Positions 19,980 to 31,785 of a stretch of DNA of 64,000 nt are shown one piece after another. The stretch lies in contig CAZQUL010000002.1 in NCBI GenBank assembly GCA_964596525.1, positions 9,444 through 73,443 of the forward strand, in the 5' to 3' direction. Each line of letters begins with the position of its first letter. Within the stretch, counting starts at the first letter, position 1. The DNA comes from an uncultured Gammaproteobacteria bacterium. Its GTDB lineage: Bacteria; Patescibacteriota; Patescibacteriia; Magasanikbacterales; GWA2-37-8. The position numbers and the translations under genes are program-made. A model generated the notes under the pieces. It was not told where the DNA came from, did not search any database, and was given only the letters and a program-made list of their open reading frames with translations.

Positions 19980-20624
19980 CTAAACCTTTACACTCCCCTC
20001 AATCGTAAAATCGACATCGCCCTCGGGTCGAAAGATGCGGGTACGCACGAGGCCCGTCAGATACGCGGTCGTACCGAGCGCCCGGCCAATATCGCGAGCG
20101 AGTGCTCGGATATACACGCCCGATCCGCACGTAACGTCGATAACGAGTTCGGGTGGATTGCAGGCGACAATTTCGAGCGAGAAAATTTCTACCTGCTTAG
20201 GGGTCATTACCACCTCTTCGCCGCGGCGAACGCGTTTGTACGCGGGCTGACCCTGTATTTTGAGCGCTGAGTAGACGGGCGGCACCTGCTCGATGGTTCC
20301 GAAGAAGCGAGGAATAATTTCTTCGATGCGAGCGCGTGACGGGGCGATAAAATTCGGATCTTCGACAATCTCCCCTTCCGGATCGTCGGTCGTGGACGAG
20401 GCACCCAAACGGAGCGTGGCGCGATATGTTTTACGCGTATTTTTGAGTACCGCACCAAGAAGCCGGGTGTTCTCGCGACCGATCCCGATAACGAGCACGC
20501 CTTCCGCGAACGGATCGAGCGTTCCTCCATGGCCGATCTTCTCGCCGGGATGAATTTTTTTGAGCCGGCGGATGATATCGTACGACGAAATGCCCGGCGG
20601 TTTATAGTAGCTAGCAAGCGGCAT
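19980..20624 (-). CDS. truB: tRNA pseudouridine(55) synthase
   Basis: Catalytic motif GHGGTLDP and a PUA-less short form. Start chosen at MPLASYY. Confidence 0.85.
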   Translation of the reverse strand: MPLASYYKPPGISSYDIIRRLKKIHPGEKIGHGGTLDPFAEGVLVIGIGRENTRLLGAVLKNTRKTYRATLRLGASSTTDDPEGEIVEDPNFIAPSRARIEEIIPRFFGTIEQVPPVYSALKIQGQPAYKRVRRGEEVVMTPKQVEIFSLEIVACNPPELVIDVTCGSGVYIRALARDIGRALGTTAYLTGLVRTRIFRPEGDVDFTIEGSVKV

Positions 20625-20695
20625 ACAGGTTTTATAAACAAGGTGGAAGTAGTGTATACTACAAGACTCGTTTATTCCAAACTGCACTTTAACGT

Positions 20696-22213
20696 ATGCG
20701 TAGAACTACAGGAGGGGTATCCGGCGGCGGCGTGGCGGCGGCTGCCGAAAAACTATCCACCAACCAAGAAACACACGAGGTTCGCAAACCAGCCAAACGC
20801 GGGGCGTTTAAGGTCGAGGATATTTTTAACAAAGATTTCGTTGGCGATATCAACCCCGATGTCATCGATACTCTCGGCAACAAACCTGACGAGGCGATCC
20901 CCGTAGCACAAGAAGACATCATCAAAGAAGTAACCATTCCCCCGCTCCCCAAACGCCGCGCCAAACCTGCAGCGCAAGAAACACAGCCTGCTGCCGCTAC
21001 AAAAATACCCGAAAAACCAACCGAACAAGAAGGCATTGCCCCAGACGTCGAGCAGGCGTTGAAAAATAAAATCATCGAACGGTACAAAGCCATCAAAAAA
21101 CAAGTCGATAACCGCAAAAAACTCGCCTCAAGCGATCGCATGATGTGGGAAGGGCTCCAGGGCTATGTAGAACATCGCACCGTCGCGCCGACCCTCAAGA
21201 AAAAAGATCGCTATCCGGCCCCCGGTACCGAGCAGCTCATCGTCGATGTCGATAAATTACTCGCAGACGTTGGCGTTATGAACGCTGGTACGCTCGAAGA
21301 GCTCAACACTGAACTCATCCGCCTCGCCGATGAATTAGCAGAACAGCAGCGCCGGTTGCAAGAACACGAAGAACGCCAGGGCGCTATCCATGAAGGGTTT
21401 GCCCTTATTGAAAAACAAGGAAAGCTTAATTTAATTCGCGAATTGGCCAAGCCGGAATCCACCACCACACCTTCCGAGCGAGCGGACTTCATCGAGCAGC
21501 TCCGCAGCAAGAACGAAGAAGAGGCCCGGGTACGTCTGGCCACGGAACGTAAAAGCGAAGTGGAACGCGATGAACGGCAGCGCAAACCGGTCATTGCCGC
21601 CATCCGGCGAGAGCTCGCTCTATTCCTGGACGAAATTACCGACAAAAGCCGCGTTGTGCGCGAAGGAAAAACACGCACCTACCAGCAGGTCGGCACACCG
21701 GAAAAACCCACCAAAGCCGGTTTATTCGCCCGCCTGCTTGAGAAACTCGGTAAAAAACGCATCCCAACCGGCGGAGAACGGGATATTGTCACCACGTATG
21801 AACCGCCGCCGTCGTTGGAACAAATTTTGAAAACCACCGGTTTAAGCGAACTCGACAGCTCACTTCAGCGTACCTGGGACGATATCGTACTCGCCATCCA
21901 AGACCGGTATGACGCGGTGAATGATGAGATTACCGTCGGCAAATTCCGCGCTGATGCCGAAGATATTAAAACCCTTGAAGACGTGCGCACCACAGACTAT
22001 ACCGAGCTCAGAAACGCCATGATTACCCGTGAAGCGCTAGCCCGCTCGACGCAGATCATCACCGGCCGTGACGATTTGAGCAAAGTAAAATTTGCCCGCC
22101 GCATCAGCAACCGCCCCACCCAGCTTTTCGCTCGCTCGCAGGCGTTCAAAGCCGTACGCAAAAGCATCGTGGAACGTCTCTCTAAAGCGAACATCAAAAA
22201 AATCACCGCTTAA
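20696..22213 (+). CDS. Hypothetical acidic, coiled-coil-rich protein (505 aa)
   Basis: Long ORF with no TM helix, signal peptide or catalytic motifs. Rich in E/K/R with heptad-like segments. First gene of a four-gene co-oriented cluster. Confidence 0.5.
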   Translation: MRRTTGGVSGGGVAAAAEKLSTNQETHEVRKPAKRGAFKVEDIFNKDFVGDINPDVIDTLGNKPDEAIPVAQEDIIKEVTIPPLPKRRAKPAAQETQPAAATKIPEKPTEQEGIAPDVEQALKNKIIERYKAIKKQVDNRKKLASSDRMMWEGLQGYVEHRTVAPTLKKKDRYPAPGTEQLIVDVDKLLADVGVMNAGTLEELNTELIRLADELAEQQRRLQEHEERQGAIHEGFALIEKQGKLNLIRELAKPESTTTPSERADFIEQLRSKNEEEARVRLATERKSEVERDERQRKPVIAAIRRELALFLDEITDKSRVVREGKTRTYQQVGTPEKPTKAGLFARLLEKLGKKRIPTGGERDIVTTYEPPPSLEQILKTTGLSELDSSLQRTWDDIVLAIQDRYDAVNDEITVGKFRADAEDIKTLEDVRTTDYTELRNAMITREALARSTQIITGRDDLSKVKFARRISNRPTQLFARSQAFKAVRKSIVERLSKANIKKITA

Positions 22214-22234
22214 AAATCCTATCGTCGCCCTCCT

Positions 22235-22864
22235 ATGCTTACTGCTGAACACGCCGAAAACAACGAGAAACAATCAAACGTTGTTGAACACGATAAGCCG
22301 TCGTTCCATCATGATACGGACGAGATCGATCTAGGTGATGAAGCTTTGCTGAAAGAATTGCTCGTCGAAGAAACGAAAAGTGTATCTGAAAAACAAGAGC
22401 CAACCGGTATTTCCCCCGAGTTGGAAGAAGTTCTTACGGAACGCATCGGACTCTATGTTGACAACTCCAAAGCGGAAAAGCCACTAGCCGCAAACGAACT
22501 TCTTAAGGCCGCCGGTTTTAGTGCCACAGAATTAGCTTCGATCCAACACATCGGTGAGCTGCGCGAATCAATCTCGGGCAAACGTGCGGCCATCGAAGCC
22601 CGGCTCAATGCCCTGGGCTATTCTTCACAAGCCGATTTTGAATACAATCCACTACCCACTAAGTCCGACTTGTATAAAACTATTCCCCACGGCGCCGAAC
22701 TACAGGAGCTCGCCCGACAAATGTCGGCCCTTCAACTCCTCAATGGAATCGAACGCAGCTATGTTCCAGACAAAGACCTCTTTAAACAGGCTACAACACC
22801 GCGTTCAGATATCAGTGGCGCCGTTGATCTTATGAAAGATTACCATCCGGAAGATTTGCCGTAA
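22235..22864 (+). CDS. Hypothetical acidic protein (209 aa)
   Basis: ORF follows the previous gene after a 21-bp gap. No recognised motifs. Confidence 0.5.
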   Translation: MLTAEHAENNEKQSNVVEHDKPSFHHDTDEIDLGDEALLKELLVEETKSVSEKQEPTGISPELEEVLTERIGLYVDNSKAEKPLAANELLKAAGFSATELASIQHIGELRESISGKRAAIEARLNALGYSSQADFEYNPLPTKSDLYKTIPHGAELQELARQMSALQLLNGIERSYVPDKDLFKQATTPRSDISGAVDLMKDYHPEDLP

Positions 22865-22894
22865 TAATAATTTGAATTTAACTATTTTTTCACT

Positions 22895-23758
22895 ATGTGG
22901 CTCAAAGAAATGCCCCATTCCGAAATTGGTAACGGTTTTCACCCCTCAAACAAGACTGAAGAAACAGAAATAATATTCGAATCGGAGGGGTCAAGCCTGC
23001 CGTCCGATTTAAGCAAAGAGTTATCATCACGCCTAGAAAACGTTACTGGTTCACGCATGAATCCGTTACAACTCATGCTAGAAGCTGGCTTGAAGGATCG
23101 CATTGGCCGCATCAAAAGCCTCAAAGACGCCGAGAGCGAGGTTCGTAAAGCGCGCCATAACCTGGAAGGGATTTTCAGCGACTTAGGTTACAGCACTATT
23201 CCCAAAGGCGAGCAGATCGAAGACGATGAAAATGCTGAGGAGGCACGCCGTTTTCTCAAAGAAGCAGAAGCTCTTTCCACTCTCGAACGTGCACTGACGG
23301 ATTTAGGGAAGCTGCCTCTTAAGAAAAAAACTCCTGCTCCGACCCATCTCACCCCTCAACCGGAGAAACGAATTGTCGATGAAGTAATAATGGAGGCTGA
23401 CGAACCGGACGAATACGAAGGTGTCGCTGATCCAAAGCTCATGAAAGATATCGAAAAAGAACTGCGCATGTACTTCGGACTCAAAGCGAGCGATGAAAAT
23501 ACCTATCCTCTCGCAAGCATCTTTAGGGACGCAGGAGTTCAGCTTAGCGAACTTACAGCCTCTACGTACGCGAACATCGGAGGGTTCCACCGTCGAATCC
23601 AAGCAGAGGCGCAGGCTGCAAAAACAGGTACGGTAAAACGACAAGCTCTTGATATCATCGATCAACTGCTGTTCAAAGTGGAATCCGGAGCAGCCATGAA
23701 GCAGCAGGTTAAAAAACATCTCGGCGGCATGTTTAAAAATCTTCAAGATCTAAACTAA
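22895..23758 (+). CDS. Hypothetical protein (287 aa)
   Basis: Co-oriented ORF starting 30 bp after the previous one, acidic and helical. An alternative start at MPHSEIG is possible. Confidence 0.5.
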   Translation: MWLKEMPHSEIGNGFHPSNKTEETEIIFESEGSSLPSDLSKELSSRLENVTGSRMNPLQLMLEAGLKDRIGRIKSLKDAESEVRKARHNLEGIFSDLGYSTIPKGEQIEDDENAEEARRFLKEAEALSTLERALTDLGKLPLKKKTPAPTHLTPQPEKRIVDEVIMEADEPDEYEGVADPKLMKDIEKELRMYFGLKASDENTYPLASIFRDAGVQLSELTASTYANIGGFHRRIQAEAQAAKTGTVKRQALDIIDQLLFKVESGAAMKQQVKKHLGGMFKNLQDLN

Positions 23759-23772
23759 TTTATTCTATACTT

Positions 23773-24294
23773 ATGACTACTAAACGGTTTTGGCGAAATA
23801 TGGACCAGCATAACCGTTTCGAAGATGAAACTCTCATTTTACGCGGTTCACCGGAACGATCTCAACAAAAACCAGAGTCTCTTTATGACACCGAAGAAAA
23901 AACGGATCTGGCGATGAACGTGGCCGCACTCCAAGAACTTCTAAATCGCGAAGAAGGCAAAGAGGCCAAGAATAATCTCAATCGGTCGCTTGACGCTACG
24001 GTTATTGAGACGAAGCTGAGCGTTCAGCTAAACGCGCTTTTGGGAACTAAAGAGGCGCGCGTTGACTCCATTAATCCGGCCGAGCTCATTGAAACAGCTA
24101 TGGGTATGGATATCGATCGTTTCCGGACAGCCAAAACAGTCGCTGACACGATCAGAATCTGTGAATCTAAACTGCCGGACGTAAAGAAAAAACTAGCCCA
24201 AGAAAAGGATCCACAGAAAAAAATCCAACTCCAAAAACAGATCGGCAGCCTACAACTTCTCCATAAAGCACTTGAGCGCATGATTACCAATTAA
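23773..24294 (+). CDS. Hypothetical protein (173 aa)
   Basis: Co-oriented ORF after a 14-bp gap, followed by a clean terminator. Confidence 0.5.
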   Translation: MTTKRFWRNMDQHNRFEDETLILRGSPERSQQKPESLYDTEEKTDLAMNVAALQELLNREEGKEAKNNLNRSLDATVIETKLSVQLNALLGTKEARVDSINPAELIETAMGMDIDRFRTAKTVADTIRICESKLPDVKKKLAQEKDPQKKIQLQKQIGSLQLLHKALERMITN

Positions 24295-24308
24295 GCAGGC
24301 ACTAAAAA

Positions 24309-24334
24309 CCAGAGGATTTTCCTCTGGTTTTTTG
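24309..24334 (+). terminator. Rho-independent terminator ending the four-gene hypothetical cluster
   Basis: ccagaggattttcctctgg hairpin followed by tttttt. Confidence 0.55.
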
Positions 24335-24335
24335 G

Positions 24336-26464
<2,129 letters not shown>

Positions 26465-26479
26465 AAAAAGAAGTTTAAA

Positions 26480-26516
26480 AAACCGCCTTTCTACGCTGAA
26501 AGGCGGTTTGGTTTTT
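26480..26516. terminator. Bidirectional rho-independent terminator between gyrB and a convergent lipoprotein gene
   Basis: accgcctttctacgctgaaaggcggt hairpin flanked by A-runs and T-runs. Confidence 0.55.
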
Positions 26517-26522
26517 ACGTTT

Positions 26523-26966
26523 CTAGGGTGCGGTCGGTTCAAACGGTGCCGGCCGGCACTCCACGAAGAAATCGAGGTAGCCGCGCAAGACCCAGCTTCT
26601 CCGATCGCGCACGCGTGCAGTCCGCCTACCACCGACCTCCGGTTCGCGCAGGTTGACCAAAAACGGCACGTCATTTCCGCAACCGATGATGCAGAACGAA
26701 GTATTTGAGTGAGACAGGCCTGCCTCAGCCGGGGTTGCAGGAGGGTCGGGCAGACTCACAACCGCCACGTGCGGATCTTCGCCCGCGATGACGACCGCGC
26801 TTGAACCACGTCGGACTTCGCCTTTGACATGCATCGTATGAGGAGCTAGGGGATCGTCCCACACAACCGAAAGCGGCGGCAGACTGCCGTATATTTCTTC
26901 GCGTGTCGACGCGCAGCCGGTGGCCGCAAAAAACAAGTATGAAAGACCGATCAGTCTCAAACGCAT
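26523..26966 (-). CDS. Hypothetical lipoprotein
   Basis: Lipoprotein signal MRLRLIGLSYLFFAATGC. A strong RBS GGAGGTGA lies 6 nt upstream of the ATG at 26966. Confidence 0.6.
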   Translation of the reverse strand: MRLRLIGLSYLFFAATGCASTREEIYGSLPPLSVVWDDPLAPHTMHVKGEVRRGSSAVVIAGEDPHVAVVSLPDPPATPAEAGLSHSNTSFCIIGCGNDVPFLVNLREPEVGGRRTARVRDRRSWVLRGYLDFFVECRPAPFEPTAP

Positions 26967-26991
26967 ATTCACCTCCAGGTTGCGAACTCTC

Positions 26992-27495
26992 TTACTCAAG
27001 TTCGAGACGGTCGTACGATACGATTTTCACGGCGCCCGGAAACGCCAGGCGTACGAGCGCCATCCGGTAGTAAGTTTCGCCGATGCGAGCGACGCAGCCG
27101 GCGGGCTTACTGCCATCCGGTTTATGATCAAGGTCGTAGTACCGGCGCCACGATGCCAGGTAAACATCCTGCAAACTAAGGTTGAACCGCTGCGCGAATT
27201 CCTTCGTCAGCGGCGAGTCCTGCATGAGTGAGAATAGCCGACGACCGACCGGAGATTCGATCGGAACATTCTGGGAAAATTCGAGGCAATCGATAACATC
27301 ATGCAATCGGGCGTTAAGCGTGAGACGCTGATTACCCAGGAGCACGCGCTCTTCCGCGCCATTACTCCTGAGCTCTTTCCACAGACAAGCGAGCACGAAC
27401 AGTAAGCGTCCGCGAAACCGCCGGAGCGGATGGCGGCCGTGCGTGACAGTTACGACGACCGGCGCGCCCACTTTCAGCACTGTATTTCGTTCCAT
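26992..27495 (-). CDS. Hypothetical protein
   Basis: RBS GGAGGTTGG precedes the ATG at 27495 (MERNTVLK). No recognised motifs. Confidence 0.55.
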   Translation of the reverse strand: MERNTVLKVGAPVVVTVTHGRHPLRRFRGRLLFVLACLWKELRSNGAEERVLLGNQRLTLNARLHDVIDCLEFSQNVPIESPVGRRLFSLMQDSPLTKEFAQRFNLSLQDVYLASWRRYYDLDHKPDGSKPAGCVARIGETYYRMALVRLAFPGAVKIVSYDRLELE

Positions 27496-27618
27496 GTGCC
27501 AACCTCCATAAAAAGGACCGTAAAATGAAACCGGCCTTTTGTCAATGCTTACAAAAATAAAACCGCCTTTCAAAGAAAGACAGTCATACAGGTTTTGGAG
27601 CGGAAAATGGCGGTCGTA

Positions 27619-28071
27619 TCATCCCTTCAGCGGCACCACGCATTCAGCCACATAACTCACACTCTTCACCTTTTTCGAAAAAAGATAGCGCCGCCCCATA
27701 ACGAAATCTTCGGCGGTGCTGGCCATGACGCTGGTCGGGCGCACGCCGTCGAGAAAACGCACGTTCGGACGTTCGCCGCGCAGACACTTGATGCTAAATG
27801 GATGGCTGATCCCCGGCACTGCCAACGCCACTTTCCCCTGGCGCCGCTGAATAAGAAGAACATGGACGCCCTTGGTCGGAAAAAGGCGGGCGTTCCGGAC
27901 CATCATGAACTGGCGTGGCGAACGATCGGTGTGTGGCGGGGCGTAAAACGGATTACGCAGTTCGCCCAGCACAAGAACGCGCGTCTCGTGCTGAATGGTC
28001 GGGGTTGGTGCAGGCAAAACGTGGCTGCAACCGAAAATCGTGAAAGCAAACAAAGAACACAGGTATCGCAT
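27619..28071 (-). CDS. Hypothetical lipoprotein
   Basis: Signal peptide with lipobox (MRYLCSLFAFTIFGCSH). RBS AAGGAGA precedes the ATG at 28071. Confidence 0.55.
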   Translation of the reverse strand: MRYLCSLFAFTIFGCSHVLPAPTPTIQHETRVLVLGELRNPFYAPPHTDRSPRQFMMVRNARLFPTKGVHVLLIQRRQGKVALAVPGISHPFSIKCLRGERPNVRFLDGVRPTSVMASTAEDFVMGRRYLFSKKVKSVSYVAECVVPLKG

Positions 28072-28163
28072 CGATATTTTCTCCTTAAAAACCCCGCACA
28101 TCATACGAAAAAAACGATCAGCTGTCAATAAAAGCATAGTTTAGGCAAAAAAACGGGCAGCAT

Positions 28164-28191
28164 TGACGAAATGAGGCCTTTTTAGTATACT
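28164..28191 (+). promoter_or_regulatory. Sigma70-like promoter for secE-nusG (TTGACG-16-TATACT)
   Basis: Hexamers about 40 bp upstream of secE. Confidence 0.45.
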
Positions 28192-28230
28192 TTTTCCAGC
28201 AGCCAACAGGCTGTTTTAAAAAACACATGT

Positions 28231-28416
28231 ATGCTTACCGCCACCAAAAATTACATTTATAACTCCATTGCCGAACTGCGCAAAGTGACCTGGCCGAACC
28301 GCGAACAAACCATCGCGTACAGCCTCCTCGTCATCGGTATGAGCGTAGGCATGGCGCTCTTTTTCGCCGCACTTGACTATATTTTCAACATTGCAATTAC
28401 GACGATCATTAAATAA
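28231..28416 (+). CDS. secE: Preprotein translocase subunit SecE (minimal single-TM form)
   Basis: 61 aa. TWPNREQTIAYSLLVIGMSVGMALFFAALDYIF matches the SecE core. Lies immediately upstream of nusG. Confidence 0.8.
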   Translation: MLTATKNYIYNSIAELRKVTWPNREQTIAYSLLVIGMSVGMALFFAALDYIFNIAITTIIK

Positions 28417-28498
28417 TGACTTACGCACACGCACTTTAGGCTCGAGGCAACCAGCCTTGGTCGAAGTTCGAAGCGCAAGTCCGAAGTCTCTATATTTT

Positions 28499-29041
28499 AT
28501 GGCTAAGCAAGTCTCCCAAGGCCGCCGTTGGTACGTACTTCACACCTACAGCGGATACGAAGATAACGTCAAACGCAACCTCGAACAGCGTATTGATTCG
28601 TTCGACATGCGCGACAAAATCTTTGGCGTCATGGTGCCTAAAGAAAAGAAGATTAAGATCAAAAACGGCAAGCGTACGTCGATTGAAGAAAAAATCTTCC
28701 CGGGTTACGTGCTCGTCGATATGATGGTGACCGACGATTCGTGGTACGTGGTGCGCAATACGCCGAACGTCACCGGTTTCATCGGTTCGGGCACGACACC
28801 AACCCCCATCGATCAGAAAGAAATCGAAGCGCTCTTCAAACGCGTTAACGGCGGCGAACCGCAGCAGAAGATCGACGTGGAAACCGGCGAAGTGGTGCGT
28901 ATCGTGGATGGCCCCTTCAAGAACTTCGAAGGCAAGGTTAGCCACGTGGACCACGAACGCGGCCGCATCAAAGTCATGGTGTCTATGTTCGGCCGCGAAA
29001 CGCCGGTCGAGCTCGATGCTCTGCAGGTCAAGAAAGTCTAA
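28499..29041 (+). CDS. nusG: Transcription termination/antitermination factor NusG
   Basis: RWYVLHTYSGYE N-terminal domain and a C-terminal KOW (GEVVRIVDGPFKNFEGKV). The ATG at 28499 lies inside a longer ORF whose upstream extension overlaps secE. Confidence 0.9.
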   Translation: MAKQVSQGRRWYVLHTYSGYEDNVKRNLEQRIDSFDMRDKIFGVMVPKEKKIKIKNGKRTSIEEKIFPGYVLVDMMVTDDSWYVVRNTPNVTGFIGSGTTPTPIDQKEIEALFKRVNGGEPQQKIDVETGEVVRIVDGPFKNFEGKVSHVDHERGRIKVMVSMFGRETPVELDALQVKKV

Positions 29042-29049
29042 GCGCAGGC

Positions 29050-29078
29050 TTGACAAATCACCTGTTTTCTCTTATAAA
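29050..29078 (+). promoter_or_regulatory. Sigma70-like promoter for rplK (TTGACA-17-TATAAA)
   Basis: Near-consensus hexamers. About 90 nt of structured leader follows before rplK. Confidence 0.5.
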
Positions 29079-29172
29079 ATCACCACGAAGCTCGCTACTT
29101 GTTGCCCTTCTTTAAGGGGCTTCTCAATAAGGGAGAGCTTAACCGCCCGATTGCGGGCTGTTAATCACTACT

Positions 29173-29595
29173 ATGGCTAAAAAACTCCTCACTCAAATCA
29201 AACTCCAGATCGTCGGCGGTGCTGCCAACCCGGCCCCTCCGGTCGGTCCGGCGCTCGGCCAGGCCGGCGTCAACATCCAAGCGTTCTGCAAGGAATTCAA
29301 TGACAAGACGCAAGACAAGAAAGGTGAAGTTGTGCCGGTCATCATCAGTGTCTACGCCGACCGCACCTTCGATTTCATCATGAAGATTGCCCCGGTACCG
29401 GAGCTCATCAAGAAAGCCGCAAAAATCGGCAAAGGCTCGGGCAAACCGCTCCAGGAAAAAGTCGGCAAGATCACCAAAGCCCAGGTGAAAGAAATTGCTG
29501 AAAAGAAAATGCCCGACCTTAACTGCCACACCCTCGAAGCCGCTATGCGTATGGTGGAAGGAACCGCCAAGCAGATGGGTGTTACCGTAGAATAA
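29173..29595 (+). CDS. rplK: 50S ribosomal protein L11
   Basis: [35 protein letters not shown] is the canonical L11 sequence. Confidence 0.9.
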   Translation: MAKKLLTQIKLQIVGGAANPAPPVGPALGQAGVNIQAFCKEFNDKTQDKKGEVVPVIISVYADRTFDFIMKIAPVPELIKKAAKIGKGSGKPLQEKVGKITKAQVKEIAEKKMPDLNCHTLEAAMRMVEGTAKQMGVTVE

Positions 29596-29613
29596 CGCAA
29601 AAATACTTCAAAA

Positions 29614-29646
29614 AACCGTTTCATGCACATGAGCGGTTTTTTGTTT
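29614..29646 (+). terminator. Rho-independent terminator after rplK
   Basis: ccgtttcatgcacatgagcgg hairpin followed by ttttttgttt. rplA does not follow rplK here. Confidence 0.5.
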
Positions 29647-29706
29647 GCGCGTTCTGGTCTAGGCTAGAAAGAAGAATGCAGAGACACGTCTCAGGAGGGT
29701 TTACAC

Positions 29707-30822
29707 TTGAAACCTGAGCATATGACGCACCGAAACTTCGCCGGCACGGCTCTACTTTTTTTCATGCTCACCGGAGCAGGCTGCGTAGCTCGTGCCCAAA
29801 CCACACCCCCAATCACATCCTACCTTCCACCGAAGTATGTTCCACCCTACGAGGGAAGCCCTATCGAATCAACCCTTTTTTCGCTCGGCACAAGAGCAGT
29901 CGACAACGACGGCCTCGTTTTTGAAATACCCGCTAAGCTCGAAATAGTACAGGAAGCAAGTTCATCGATAGCGTTCGCGCTTGCAGGGCATTCTTCCAAA
30001 GACCGAATAACTTTAACCGTTAACCGTATAACAAAAAAAGAGTATGATACCCATTTTCCGAACGACGTGCATTACGAATTTCCTATCCATAATGGATCCC
30101 TAACACGAATAAACGATCTAGGACAGCAGTACCTTATAAATATAAATGCGAACTATTTTAAAGTACGTTGGATACACACCGGAAAAAATACTGGCGAACC
30201 AAGCGAGGCTGATATTGAAATGATTATGGAAAAGATTAAGCTCAGCACCGAACGACTGCCTTTGCCTGTAACCGGACCTCGTTCACCCATCGATACGCGT
30301 AAACCGATATCGGCTCCAACCCCAACGCACCCGCTACCAACACCTATCACACCAACGACCACTGCAGATGATGACGTAGCTTCTGAAGCACCCAAAAGCA
30401 TCCTCGAACGAAATGGGCGGCCCAACGGCTTTGACACCCCGACTGATCCAACGAATCCTCGGTTCAGCTATCTTTCGTATAGCAATCCGGAAGGAGATGC
30501 CGCGCCTTCATCGACCGCAGTAAACAGCATTTGGCGCTACGACACGCTCACAAGCGTGGCTACGCCGATCTACCAAGAAACTAGCACCACAGGCGCGTTA
30601 CGGATCGTCAGCATTGAAGGTGCGCACCTCATACTTTTGAGGGACACCGGTGAAGAAGCTTTTGGCGCATGCACCGATCTGTGGTACGGGCACGAGGAAC
30701 ATTTTTTCTATCTTGATGTGCGTGCGCCTGCCAACGGCCTGCGACCCTACAGCGTACCATCAGAAAAACTTAGTACAGGTAAAAATCGGCAAGAAGCGTG
30801 TTTGAGGGCACTGCATTCATAA
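29707..30822 (+). CDS. Hypothetical secreted lipoprotein with Pro/Thr-rich linker
   Basis: TTG start with RBS AGGAGGG. Signal peptide with lipobox (ALLFFMLTGAGC). 371 aa with a PTPTHPLPTPITPTTT linker. Confidence 0.6.
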   Translation: MKPEHMTHRNFAGTALLFFMLTGAGCVARAQTTPPITSYLPPKYVPPYEGSPIESTLFSLGTRAVDNDGLVFEIPAKLEIVQEASSSIAFALAGHSSKDRITLTVNRITKKEYDTHFPNDVHYEFPIHNGSLTRINDLGQQYLININANYFKVRWIHTGKNTGEPSEADIEMIMEKIKLSTERLPLPVTGPRSPIDTRKPISAPTPTHPLPTPITPTTTADDDVASEAPKSILERNGRPNGFDTPTDPTNPRFSYLSYSNPEGDAAPSSTAVNSIWRYDTLTSVATPIYQETSTTGALRIVSIEGAHLILLRDTGEEAFGACTDLWYGHEEHFFYLDVRAPANGLRPYSVPSEKLSTGKNRQEACLRALHS

Positions 30823-31021
30823 TATAAACATTTCCAACTACAGATCGTCACCACCGAGTTCGATAAAGGCATACATGGTTTTATCCATGGAAAATATAGC
30901 TGCACCCTAAAAATTAATCTGAAAGAAGTTGTTAAGCCGCCTTGAAAGGCGGCTTACGCATAGTCTTGCGTTCTAACATCAAGTACGGTAGCCTAACGAG
31001 CGTCAACCAGAGGAGGTCGCC

Positions 31022-31693
31022 ATGAGCCCACTGCCCTATCCGTATCGGCATTTCACGTTTCTGACAGCACTCTTTTCCACCGCGCTCATCGTATCGAACA
31101 TCATCGCGGTGAAGCTCGTCGCAGTCGGCGGATGGTCGCCATCAGCCGGAGTGTTCACCATCCCCATCGCCTATGTCATCGGCGACATGATGACCGAGGT
31201 GTACGGAGCACGGCAGGCCCGCCGAGCTATTTTGACGGCATTCGGCATGCTCTCGTTTACGATGCTTACCATCCTTCTTACCACGCACGCCACACCATCC
31301 GCTTTCTGGCACAAGCAGGCAGCGTTCCAAGAGACGTTTGGCCTCATGCCGCGCGTCGCAGCCGCGAGCCTCGCCGCCTATTTGGCCGGCGGACTCATTA
31401 ACTCCCACGCCTTTGCCGCCATCCGCCGGCAGACCGGCGAGCGCCATTTCTACCTGCGCGCCCTCGCCTCGACCATCATCGGTGAGGCCGTCGATACCGC
31501 GCTCTTTCTTATGATCGCCTTCGGCGCGCGCTGGAATTTGGAGCACCTGTGGACTATCGGTTGGCAGAACTACCTGGTTAAGGTCGCTCTCGAGATTCCC
31601 GTCCTGCCGTTCACCTACCTTGCGGTCGCCTGGCTTAAGCGCGAGGAATGCGAAGCTATGCGCCAGCACTACGAACTGGTCACTTCTTCATAG
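31022..31693 (+). CDS. yhhQ: Queuosine precursor transporter (YhhQ/DUF165 family)
   Basis: Polytopic membrane protein with FSTALIVSNIIAVK and YVIGDMMTEVYG motifs characteristic of YhhQ. RBS GAGGAGG. queA is encoded nearby. Confidence 0.8.
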   Translation: MSPLPYPYRHFTFLTALFSTALIVSNIIAVKLVAVGGWSPSAGVFTIPIAYVIGDMMTEVYGARQARRAILTAFGMLSFTMLTILLTTHATPSAFWHKQAAFQETFGLMPRVAAASLAAYLAGGLINSHAFAAIRRQTGERHFYLRALASTIIGEAVDTALFLMIAFGARWNLEHLWTIGWQNYLVKVALEIPVLPFTYLAVAWLKREECEAMRQHYELVTSS

Positions 31694-31711
31694 CATCCTA
31701 CCGTCCTGCAC

Positions 31712-31745
31712 GCACAGGACGGTTTTCAATTTTCTATGAAAACCT
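31712..31745 (+). terminator. Rho-independent terminator after yhhQ
   Basis: ccgtcctgcacgcacaggacgg hairpin followed by ttttcaatttt. Confidence 0.5.
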
Positions 31746-31785
31746 GTTGACAAAATTATAGAAAAAAGATGAATTAAAGACGGAG

